NCBI GenBank assembly: GCA_028534125.1
Contig: CM052842.1
Coordinates: 15,190,001-15,254,000 of the forward strand
DNA: 64,000 bases
Source: Lama glama
Taxonomy: Eukaryota
Reading direction: 5' to 3'
Shown here: positions 47,679 to 59,589 of the stretch, piece by piece
Layout: every line of letters begins with the position of its first letter
Numbering within the stretch: the first letter of the stretch is position 1
Notes under the pieces: model-generated
Told to the model about the DNA's origin: nothing
Databases searched by the model: none
What the model saw: only the letters and a program-made list of their open reading frames with translations
Program-made: the position numbers and the translations under genes

Positions 47679-48135
47679 GTATCAGTTAATGTCCCAGCAG
47701 AGAAAGAGAACCATGCTGGGTGAGATGGAATAAAGGATTTACGATGGAGACGTGATTTTTCACGGTTGTAGGTGTTGTCGAGGAAGGGGAAGCCTATTGC
47801 CTCTGCATCTGGACCTGAAGTCATCGTAAGTTAGCAGGACTGGCCACCAGGAACAAAGCTAGGCCCGAAGTGGGGCAGAATGACAAACAGGAACATAAAT
47901 CAGTCCCTCTCTGCCAACCTTGGCAACACTGATGAAATAGGAGGCGGTGCCCTTTGCCATGGAGCTGCGCACATGCCTGGCATTGGACTCAGAGCAGCTG
48001 AAAAAGTTGCTGTAGGCCTGCTTGCTCCTCCAGGCCAGCAAGGCGACAGTTAGACACAACGTGTGGGGTCTGTCGTAGCTGCTGGTCGCTACAGAATCCA
48101 TAATGCTGATAGTTGTCTGGGGTGTGCAGGTAACC
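47679..48135 (-). mobile_element. Probable old ERVL-type LTR
   Basis: Starts tgtatcagttaatgtcccagcagagaaagagaacca, with an abrupt GC shift. Family not resolved. Confidence 0.35.
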
Positions 48136-48779
48136 CCTGCAGGTCCTCCAAAGCTGGGGCTCATCGGCAGAGATGACCTACACCCTCACCCGGTTTTCTC
48201 CAACAAATTTCTCAGTTTTACATTTTCTGCACGACTACTGGCTTGGACTAAAGATGATATCATGCCTGTTAATCTCAACCTCTGAAACATTTGCGCCTTT
48301 ACTCACTTGCAAAGAGAAAGTGGAGGGTGAAAAATGAGGATCAATGTACTGCCTACAGTGTGTCCTGAGGGTGAAATGAGATGATTACGCAATTTAGCAA
48401 GAGGCATACAGTAAGCGCTCAATGAATAGTTGTAACTATTAACATTATTATTGCACCTAAAAACTCTTGCTAATTTTGTGTGTCTGTAATTAAACTAGAG
48501 ACTTCTTGAAATGGGATCTATGGCCATTCAGTCCTGTAGCCTCAGAAGCCCAGCTCAGAGCCTGACCGTTGAGACGGTGCTCAATACTTAGAGATTGTAT
48601 TGAAAATGAGTTTAGAAGACACTTTCCTGGGAGCAGTTTCTAGTAGGAGGAGGGAGAACTTACGAAGATACTTAGCACATGAGAATAAAGGGAGGAATAC
48701 CACCACTGGGGGGAAATACTTCAATGTCAGTCATACTGTTTGCATGAATTCTGTGATGTTGGAACTCAAGGTGTTCTTG

Positions 48780-49550
48780 GCTTTTTCTGTAAACAGTGTT
48801 GGTACAACTGGTTAACAATTTAGAAAAATTTGATTTGTCTCTCTGTGTAATATCATATGGTAAAATGAATTCCAGATAGATTAAACATTTAAGTGGAAAA
48901 GTAAAGAAAGCCATCAAATTTGGGAGGAAGATTGGTGGAGATAAATATGTGACCTCGGATCAACATTTTCTAAGCATGTCAGCAAAGAAGGATTTAATAA
49001 CAGTTTAATCTTATTAAAATAAGAAAGATTTTTTTCTATTTAAAAATCTTAATGAACTAAGGAGGAAAAGAACACATTGTCCCGATATTTGCAAAAATTA
49101 TGACTAAATATTAATATTCTTCACCTGTGAGAAATTCCAATAAACTAGCGTGAAAATATAGACAAATCAAGAGAAAAATGTACAAAGACCCTGAACAGCC
49201 ATTTCACAAAAGAAGACAAGAAGCCAATAAGAATATGAAAAAAATAGTCACTCTTCATGTTAAGAACTGTCAATTAAAACAAAGAAATACAATTATTTAC
49301 TTTTTAAGTTGGCAAATGCTCAAAAATAATAAATAGTCAAATAACACTGACAAAAGTTGGAGGAAAGAGGCACTTCTGTGCACTGCAGATGGGAATCATA
49401 CATGGACACCCTCTTTCTGGAAAGCAATTATTCAACGAGCATCAAAAGCTTTAATATCTTACACATCATCCCAGGAACTTCAACTCAAGAAATTTGTAAT
49501 ATTATATCCAAAGCTTTAACTGTAAGAACTTTAACAAAGTGCTGTTTGTA
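48780..49550 (+). mobile_element. Decayed LINE1 (L1ME-like) ORF2/3' fragment
   Basis: aaaatgaattccagatagattaaacatttaa, tgaacagccatttcacaaaagaaga, ctttctggaaagcaatt. Confidence 0.65.
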
Positions 49551-49917
49551 AGTGGAATTGCAATTCTATTTCCCAAATGACTATGGTGGCCTTGCTGACG
49601 TTTGCGTTTTATTTCTCTTGGGTGTTACATAGGTCACTATGGACCATTATGTGATATTTGGTTGTATACATCAGTATCATGAGCTTAATGTGATTCAATG
49701 TGAGTCTTCCCTTGAGATCTATTTAGGTTTGTAAAGGAGAACATGTTCCTTAGCCTACATGTTTGAGAATTCTGATGCTGGACTATGACAAATTTTCCAG
49801 GGTAATAGATTCCACCCAGAGAGGCCTCTTGGAAGACAGCCAGACTTACCCAGATGATAGAGTCTTTTGCCTCTAGGCAGCAAGGATAAAATTTTCCTTT
49901 CCTGGAACATCTGAAAT

Positions 49918-50551
49918 ACATATTAATTTTCTGTTCCTGCCATAACACGTCACCACAAATTAAGCAGCTTAAAACAACTCTCACTTATTAGCTCACATTT
50001 CTGTAGGTTAGAAATGCAGGGGAGCTCAACTGAGTTTTCTGCTTAGGATCTCGTAAGACAGAAATCAATATATCCACTGGGTTGGATTCTTATCTGGAGG
50101 CTCTGGGGGAAGGACCCCATTAATGCAGTCATCAGATCATTGGCAGAATCCAGTTCCTTGAAGCTGTAGGACTGAGGTGCTTGTTCTTTGCTGACTCTCT
50201 GCTGAGGTCACCCTGAGTTCCTCAAGGCTGCCCTCTGGTTCTTGCATGTGCCCTTCTCCATCTTCAAAGCTGACAGCAGCACATCAAATATTTTTCCTGC
50301 TTTAGTCTTTTCATTTTCCCTTCTGCCACTAACCAGAGAGAAACTCTGTTTTTTTTTAAAAAGACTCATGTGATTATATTGGGCCTGCTGGGATAATTTC
50401 CTTTTTGACTAACTCAAAGTCAACTGATGGGTAACCTCATCTGAAAATCCCTTTTGCCACAGAATCATAGACATCATATCTTGTCATATGCATGGTCCTG
50501 AAAACTAGAGTGGAAAGTCTTGGGGGGCCATTTGGAATCCTGCCCACTACA
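49918..50551 (-). mobile_element. MaLR LTR (MLT1D/E-like)
   Basis: ataacacgtcaccacaaattaagcagcttaaaacaac...gcagaatccagttccttgaagctgtaggactgagg...ctgcccactaca. Confidence 0.8.
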
Positions 50552-51124
50552 ATATAGTCTTCCTCATATGAATTGCTTTATGATCTCTGAGTCTCTGATT
50601 GCTGATTCAAAATACAGATAAATTATAGAATGTAGAAACTAATCAAATTCTTACAATGTGGAATCATAGAGTCAGAACAGGTAGTACAATTCTGTGAGGC
50701 TGGATAGATGGAGATTGTGGCAAATCTGAAAGTACACACCCCATTTTAGGGGAAGTGCTGAGATTCAACACTGGCGTAATCACCATGAAGGGATATGGTT
50801 TAGTTTTGCCAGCTGTTCACATTTCCAAATAGTGTTGGCTTTTTAAATATGAAACATTTCTTGGTTTAAGCAATTTTTGGACTAGTCTATGCTTTTAAAC
50901 ACTTTGCAAGAAAATGCACCCAAATGGCCAAATCAAAATTATAGACCACCAGTTTTCAAGTTCTGCTTTCATCTCTCCCCCCTCCCACTCCATCCTTTAT
51001 ATTTCTGAGAAACCCAAATACAAAGATATTAGATGACATATCCAAGGTCATAAAGCTAATTGGTAGCAAAGCTGGGACTAAAAGACAAGTGTATTGATTT
51101 TCAGTGAAGATTTTTGTCCTTAGA

Positions 51125-51589
51125 TCTACCAGTTTTCTATTTCTGCTGTAACAAATTACCATCAACTGAGTAGTTTAGAACAACCACATTTATTCTCTTC
51201 AGTACTAGAGGCCAGAAGTTTGAAAGGAGTCTAATGGGGTTAAAAATCAAGGTGTCACCTGGGCTGCTTGGTTTTAAAGGATCTGGGGAGAATCCATTCC
51301 TCGCGTCTTCCAGCATCCAGAGGCTGCCAGATTTCCTTGGCTTGTGGCAACATCACTCCATCTCTGCTTCTGTTATCATATCACCTTCTACTGGCTTTGA
51401 ACCTCTTGCCCTTTTCTTATAAGGACCATAGTGATTATATTGGGCTTATGGGATAATTCCAAATCATCTCCCCACCTCAAGATTTTTAAAAATACCTCCA
51501 AACTCCCTTTTGTTATATAAGATAACATGTTTGCAGCTTCTTGGGATTGTGGCATAGACACCTTTGGGGTTCATTATTGAGCCTACCAT
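51125..51589 (-). mobile_element. MaLR LTR (MLT1B/C-like)
   Basis: tgctgtaacaaattacca...aaaatcaaggtgtca...ggagaatccattcctcgcgtcttccagc...cttataaggacca...ttattgagcctacca. Confidence 0.8.
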
Positions 51590-53899
51590 GGTAGGTTAAA
51601 AATCATGGACTATTATCTAGATTTCTCATCCTCTTCTGCAATGGGTGAGAACGCCAATATCCAGACCAGTCAAAACCCATACTAGACAGCAACTTGAAGT
51701 CAGTTTGCCTAGAATTTGAGTAGCTTGGGCCTGACCACACCACCCCAGATTTTTCCATTTATTTTCTGTAACTTAAACAGAAGTCAATCTTTCAAGATGT
51801 TGGTTCTGAACGTTTAAAAACTTCTATTAAGTAACCATAAATATTAATTTTTTTGTCTCCTCCTTTCTCATCCCTCAGTTTTAATAGTGTGTTAAATATT
51901 ATTTTATACCCAAAATAGTTTTCTTTTTTTCCCCCTAAGTATTAAATTTGAAGGTTGAAACAAAGGAAAGCACCTCATCAAGGAGTAATGAGTTTACCTT
52001 GCAGTCAGGGTGAAAAAATTCTCTCCGATCCAGACTTGCAATAGTCTCCATCCTTCTTAATCGATTTTACACTTCTGCTTCACTTGCAGACACAGAAATA
52101 CTTGATCCAAAACTGAAATGAGAAATCAGTGGCTTGATGTTGAGTTTTTGAGTGAATCAGCACAAAGTTGTTCCGCAAATGTTTCCGTCACTTTTAAGAG
52201 GCAATGAAATTAAGTGGAAAAAAGCTCAGTCAAGTCATTTCATTTTGCCTCGTGTTTCCCATCTGCAAGTTGGGAAGAGCCCTAACCCCGCTTATCTTAC
52301 CATGTAATTTTTAAATTTGAAATGGGCAGGCTAACGGGCTTTTTATAACATTAGGTTGCATTCATGTATTTGTTTTTCATGTGCTGAAGGTTGAGTTCAG
52401 GTTTACGGACACTCGTCAAAGTTTTGTGGTCATGCTCTTTTCATTCTAAGCATTTGATCAATCTCTCACTCAACTCCCTGACTGTCTGACAAGTATCTAT
52501 TCCTTCAACAAATATTTTAAAAAAATGTCTGCCTTGTGCTCCAAAAGGGCAGACTAGAAATTCTCATGCAACATAATTATTAAATTTAGACAGGTGCATA
52601 AAACCTTAAATGTGGAACAACTGTAAGCTTAAATGCTGAAGAGTGGGCTTGGAAAAAGTAGTGTAAATGGATTGGCAGAAAGGAGATGGAAGAATGGAAA
52701 AGCCACAAGGAGTCTAAGACCTTCAGTGAATCATTTTGTATTGACTCCACTGTCTTTGATACATTAAGTAAAAACCAAACATAGGTAGCCATTCCAAATT
52801 ATTTATGCGATATTTATATTCAGACAGACAACAAAATTCAGTATAAAATTAATTCAGTGCATTGAAGCCAAATTTTTCTAACAATACCCCTATCACACAC
52901 ATATATGTGAGTAGAAGTAAGGTGCCTCAGTGCCTAAAGCTCTAGATGGATGCCTGTGATGGATCATTAGCAGTCTTGTAGGTGTAAATGTACTCCACTT
53001 CTCTCTCCAGGGGCTGGATAGGTTGATAGTCTGGATAGAACCAAGAACAAGAGATGTAGTTGCTTTGAGGTCCAGAGGTTCCAGCCCAGAGTTAACACTA
53101 AGTCTACAAATGTTGGGAGAATGTAAGGAGAGCATGGACCACTGCAGTAGGAGTGGGTACCATTGAGCATGAGAGCTTAGGGTTCTTATCTTTTATCATG
53201 GAAAACTCAGTTTCTGTGATTAGTTGCCCTAAGGCTGTTGCTGTTCATTTCTTTCCTAAAAGAGCCTGCATGAAAGATAGCTAAACTCCTGTGTAGATCT
53301 AGACAGGATTAGTGTACATGTTGACTCTGATACCTGCACCCATCTAACTACCCCATTCTATCAATCTGTAAATTAAGCGACCCTCACCTGTTGGTTCAGA
53401 GAAGATGTTGCTGCCAGCAGCGGAATTTACTAGTCATACACTCTATGGAGGGCATTCTAGGCAGTTGGAAAAGTGGGATGGAAATCCTAGAACTGAGATA
53501 AGTTCAATAGAACTGCCCCCTACAAAAAGCTGGCTCATTGGAAAAGAGCAAGAAATGAAGTTTGAGATGAAAAAACTGAATGAGGCATTTAGATTTGATT
53601 CATTTATTCTGTCTCATCTGAACCTTTTTTGTTTTTTTTCCTAACAGCAAGGGAGAATAAATTCATACCTAGAGGAGTGGCTGCAGAGGGCTGGGATAGG
53701 AAAAACTCAGTGGCTAACAGCTGAGACACAAACATATTTGAAATCTCTTATTGAATTCGATGTCATCTGGTTTCTGTTCTGTTCATTTTTTAAAATCTCA
53801 TTTTATTAGCATAACCACAATGTATCAAATTACTTAGCATCTATAGTAATTAATATCTCAGGAATATACATTAAAAAATTTTTTTTTGAAGCCGTCTTA

Positions 53900-54145
53900 C
53901 TTAACAGGTAAACATACAGGCTCTGACCAGATGGATTTCCGGTTAAAATCTTAATATTAGCACTTTCTAGCTGTGTGGCGTAAAGCAGATTATTTAACCT
54001 CATTTTATTCCTTATCTGTAAAGTGAGGATGATTATGTTAGTACCTTCCTCACAGGAGTGTGGGGAGGATTGAAGAAGAAGAGGCCCTTGAACTGAAAAC
54101 CATTTTTTGCACCTAGTAAATGCCCATCAAAAGTTAATTATGTTA
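53900..54145 (+). mobile_element. MIR SINE
   Basis: cactttctagctgtgtgg...ttatttaacctc...tctgtaaagtgaggatgat...gtaccttcctcacagg. Confidence 0.6.
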
Positions 54146-56864
54146 CTATTAATATTACATCAAGGTTTAGCATAACTTTTAGCTCTGTACTGGAGTGAAA
54201 TAATGAAGGCAACTGGAAAGCATTAGAGACTGAAATATAAACTCCACCATACCAGGGCAAAAACAAGCTCCTTTTCCAAATCACTGACAGAGGTGACAAC
54301 TTCACCCAAAGTCTCGGTTGTGCCATGGAACACTGTGTCAACTGGCGCAAAGGAAGACCTGGTGTGGTTCCCCATCTCTCTGACTCCCGCTGGGAGACAG
54401 ACCACCAAGCTAAGGGATCCTGGATTTGATGAGAATTTCCACCCTGGAAAAGCATGCATCTACTCCAGCAGGACTTCAAGGATTGGGATAAGAAGAGCAG
54501 GCACTAGCTTTTCAGCAAAGCTCCGCTGGATAGAATTTGGCCATCGACCTCACAATTTAAAATAAGACTGTGGGGTCTTGGGCTCCATGCAAACATGGCT
54601 AGCTTCTTCAAAAACTCCCTAGTACCATAAGGAAGAAATCAGCATGCCCTCACCTTCCCAACTTGGACCCTTCTTGCAATCCTCACAAAGTTCATGGCTG
54701 AATTAAGTCTTATAGGCTGCGGATACTGAAAATACCATGATGCTCTCCAGACCCACTGACCGACCTATCAATCATTCAAAACAGCCATGAAGTCTGTAAA
54801 AGGAAATTGTAGCCGTTATTACCTTGAACTTGCATATTTACTTGTCCAGCATTGCCAGGAGACCAAGTTTTCTTAGGGCATCAATTAATGCTTTATCCAT
54901 TTCTAGGTCCCCAGTACCTAACACAATGCCTGGCTGGCATATGGCAATTACTGAATAAAAATTATTAAATATGTAAATAAATGAAAGAATGAATGACTTA
55001 ATTTTATGGCAGCTTGTCTAGAGAGTGGCCCCTGGCATAGACAAGAAGGATGATTATGTAATTTTAGGATCAATTTAAGCAGGGAGGAGAATACACTAGG
55101 GAAAAGAGTTCATTCTTCTTAGATGTTGGAATATATGTCTGACTGCCCTCAGCAGTGAAAGAACAGATTTCAGGGGTCTGGAAAGTTTCTGAGGCATTTT
55201 CCAGAAATATTCAGAAATCGCAATTCCTGGGGAGAAAGGCTGGTCTCAGTGGTACCAGGGGTGTGGGCTGAGGCCGCCTTTTGGGTGATCAATCCCAGTG
55301 ACACATCAAGGATTTCCTTGCTCAAGGCATCAACTTAAGGAGGTTGAAGCAAGACAGTGAAAAGAAATGGAACATTCTTTTGAGTGATTTGGATTTTGAG
55401 AAGATTCTTTAAGATTAGAATCTGAGAACACTAAGATTCTAAGGATTCCTGAGATTTTTAAGAATCCCAAGATTCCTTAAGAAAGTCACATCATAGAGGA
55501 AGAAAATAAATGAGATATAAACGGAAGAGATGTGGGCAGACGAGATGAATTAATCTTATGGTGCAAAGTTTTATTTTATGTGTAGAAATACACAGAGGAG
55601 GTTAGAGCTGGCTAGAAACTTTGAGAAGATTGGATTTTGAATTCCTCATTCTGCAAATCAGGGGACTGTGCCCAGGCTGCTTAAGCTAATTGTCCAGAGT
55701 GACACAGGGAGTTAGTGGCAGAGCCAGGATTGTAAAGTGGGATTCCCGGTTTCTAATCCCGGCTCTTTCCACTCTCTGAGCTGGCTGCCCAAGCCTGGTT
55801 CAGGAAGAGAAAGCCTCCTGGGGTTATTTGGAAGAGCATTTGTCACCTGGCTGCTACACTCATGGGAGAGCCAGACCGCTTGATGGTGGAAAAAGAGGAT
55901 GGAAATGCAAAATGCGAAGATGGAACTGAGATTTTATATGGAAAACATGAACCGGCTATGGTTTGCAATATTAAAAATAGGTTAAATTCAATTTAAATTC
56001 TATTGGAGACCAACTTAAGGGCTATAAACAAAATGTCTGGAAAAGTTTATGTGGCTATCTTTCTATCTCTCACTTTTTCTCTCTCTCTTTTTTTTTTTTT
56101 TGCTACATTAGGCAAATTAAAAGGACTGTACCCCATCCTCTAGGAACTTCTTTAAAGGTTGAAAACATTAACTTTAATGAAGAAAAAGGAATGAAATATA
56201 GAATAAAGATTACTCCCCTGACCTCTTGGCCTTGCCCTCTGTAATGTAGAACAAACAGCCCTGGGCTGGAAATGAAAGAACTGGGTTCTAGTCCTTTTTA
56301 GGCAATGACTTAATTCACTTCACCAACAACACTCTGGGGTTCAGTGTATTTATCTGCCAAATGAAAGGATTTGATGAGATACAGTATCTCTAATAGTCTT
56401 TGTCAAATTTAACATTCTAAGACTTACTGTATTTTTTTTTAAAAAAATGAATAGACATTAATTTATTAACCACCCACAATGCATCAGGTATTGTGCAAGA
56501 CGTTGTGCATACATGCTGAATGAGACAGGTGTGACCCTTGATCTCATGAAACTTAGAGAGACAAGAAATAAATAAGAAACAATAAGTAGATAATTTATTA
56601 AGCTTTATTTAGGACAAGTAGATTGTATAGCTAGTAATAGGAGCGAAGCTGGGTTAGAAAGTAAATGTCAGAGGTGGAAGGCTCCTTTGGGTCTGGTCCA
56701 CAAAATAATTACATCAAGTTCAAGTTGAACATTTAATTGCCATGGAAAGAATGTTCCTAGCAGAGAAACCTGCATATGTAAAGGCCCTGAGGTCAGAAAG
56801 AGCTTGCTATGATTGAGGACCTGACAGAAGGTGACTGTGGCTGGGAGATGGTGATCAAGGGGAA

Positions 56865-57364
56865 NNNNNNNNNNNNNNNNNNNNNNNNNNNNNNNNNNNN
56901 NNNNNNNNNNNNNNNNNNNNNNNNNNNNNNNNNNNNNNNNNNNNNNNNNNNNNNNNNNNNNNNNNNNNNNNNNNNNNNNNNNNNNNNNNNNNNNNNNNNN
57001 NNNNNNNNNNNNNNNNNNNNNNNNNNNNNNNNNNNNNNNNNNNNNNNNNNNNNNNNNNNNNNNNNNNNNNNNNNNNNNNNNNNNNNNNNNNNNNNNNNNN
57101 NNNNNNNNNNNNNNNNNNNNNNNNNNNNNNNNNNNNNNNNNNNNNNNNNNNNNNNNNNNNNNNNNNNNNNNNNNNNNNNNNNNNNNNNNNNNNNNNNNNN
57201 NNNNNNNNNNNNNNNNNNNNNNNNNNNNNNNNNNNNNNNNNNNNNNNNNNNNNNNNNNNNNNNNNNNNNNNNNNNNNNNNNNNNNNNNNNNNNNNNNNNN
57301 NNNNNNNNNNNNNNNNNNNNNNNNNNNNNNNNNNNNNNNNNNNNNNNNNNNNNNNNNNNNNNNN
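56865..57364. other. Assembly gap (500 N)
   Basis: Run of N. Confidence 0.99.
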
Positions 57365-58739
57365 TCAACTTCAAACAAAGGGGACGGTGCCTTGATTTTG
57401 CCCTTTGAACCCTGGGAACCAGCAGACTTGCAGATACTTTTCCAAGTGATATGACATGGAAACAGCAGAGAAGATGTGCCTGTAAGAGAAGTAGGGCAGA
57501 GAGAGATGGGGCAGTCCCACTGAGTTGTCTGTAGCTACAGAATACTGGGGTAGAAAACCCAGCTGTGACATGGGGTCGTGCATTCATAACAGCAGTGGAT
57601 GAGAAACATGGAAGTGCATGGAAGAGGCGGCTGGAAGACAGGGACCAGACATGAGTGACAGCAAAAGGGAAAACAGACATACAAGGAAGTCTAAGGAAAA
57701 CCTTGGATCAAATCGGGCTTTGTGACATCCTCAGTGGATGTCAGCAGGGGCAGCTGGTACCCGAGAACCAGGTGTCTTACTCTTGATGCTAAGTTACTTT
57801 TGATTCTTGGAGGCCATCACAAAGTGGGGCAGGTGTGGAACCATACAGTGGTTGAGTTTATTTAGAACTGACTAAGAAAACCCTCAAGCAGCTGAATTGC
57901 CCTTGAAATTGCAAAATCCAGTCTGCTCTAGGTACCATAGGGGTTTTGGACAGAAACTAGGAAAAATACTTACATTTTTTGCATACTTGAGTTTTGTGGT
58001 TTGAAAATTTTAAAAATCTTAACAGGAGTTGAAAGAGAGAGGGGGCAGTTTGAAATTGTCAGTTAATCTCTGTAGAAAGGGAAAAATATTTTCCCCATGG
58101 AAATGATTTCTTCTTCTGGATACAAAAAGTTTACCTCTTTAATCATAATTATCGTGTGTAAGGGCTTATTCTGTGTGGAGCATGATCTAAAACACTTTGT
58201 GGGTATTGCTCATTCAATTCTTACATTATTATATGAGGTATAAAGAATTATGATCATTTTATAAAGGAAAAACACACCTCAAAAAATCATTTAAATAATG
58301 TTAAATAACTTGCCAAATGTCACAGAGTAGAGTCCACTTGATTTCAAAGTCTTTCTTTCTAATCTCTCTTTCCAGTTTCCATTTCCCTGAGTCGATGACG
58401 AATGGTAATGACTTCCATTTAGTTAAGACGATTTTTTGACAGGTACTGAGCTAATTGCTTTAAATATTTAACTTCCCTTACTCCTTACAAAGAGTTCATT
58501 TCTTATTTTATTTCCATTTCACAGATGAACAAACTGAAGCTCAGGGATGTTAAGTAGTTCATTCTAAATCACCTGACTAGTAACCACCAGAGCCAGGATT
58601 TAAACTTAAATCTGCCTCAAAAGTCCATGTTTTTAATTATACCATCGCCCTTTACCGCTTGGACACCTGGGAGTATATTGCTCTTAGGAAACCATTAAAA
58701 AAAAAGAAACTGCAGGAGTGGTGAAGAATCCTTTTCTTT

Positions 58740-59135
58740 GTCTGTTAACTTAAAGGACATAGACTGGCCAGCAGCCCTTTTCGTGGACACTCAGCGAGCC
58801 TCCTCTGCAGCTGGCGGTGGCCATGCACAACGTGAGTGGAAGCGATACCTGCCATCCGCGGGCTGGGCGCATCAATCCTTCCGTGCTGCCCACCGTGCTC
58901 TTTCCCCTTGATCTGGCTGGATTCAGGTTTGGATCCGACCCTACGATAGGGTGGCGCCATGGATGGAAGCAGCTGGGGTCCCAGGGTAACAGTTTGGAGC
59001 AGAATCATCCCCAGAGAACTGATACTACTCAGGACTATTGGGGAGGGTGGAGGACGAGCTTTTATTGTATTGAACTATTATATTTTGGTCTATTTAATAT
59101 TTGCTACAATATTTTAGCTTGTTCTAAGATGTACC
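58740..59135 (+). mobile_element. Ancient MaLR (MLT1J-like) LTR fragment
   Basis: ggatggaagcagctggggtccc...tggagcaga and 3' ttttattgtattgaactattatattttgg. Confidence 0.5.
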
Positions 59136-59340
59136 GATGGAAAAAGACATAACAGGGGGAAAAGGTAACCAGAGATGGTAGAGGAGCTATATGCAAACTG
59201 AATAAAAAGGAATTGGGGAGATTACAAAGGGCACTCAGCAACTATTTACATTTTGGAAAGAGAGCGTTTTGGCTATAATGCGGTTTGGATGGGGGCAAGC
59301 CCAGAGCAACGCGGAAAGTAGGAAGATCAATTAAGAAGCT

Positions 59341-59589
59341 ATATGTGGAATCTGAAGAAAAAAAAAAGGACACAAATAAACTTATTTACAAAACAGAAAC
59401 AGACTCACAGACATAGAAAGTAAATTTATGGTTACCAGGGTAGGTGGGGGAAGGGGAAGGAGGGATAAATTGGGAGTTAGGGATAAAATAGATAAACAAG
59501 GTCCTACTGTATAGCACAGGAATCTATATTTAGTATCTTGTAGTAACCTATAATTAAAAAGAATATTAAAAAGAATATATATATATATA
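59341..59589 (+). mobile_element. Short 5'-truncated L1 with TSD, inserted in a LINE2
   Basis: atatgtggaatctga...cagaaacagactcacagacataga...tgtatagcacagg; TSD AAGAAGCT at 59333-59340 and 59590-59597. Confidence 0.85.
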
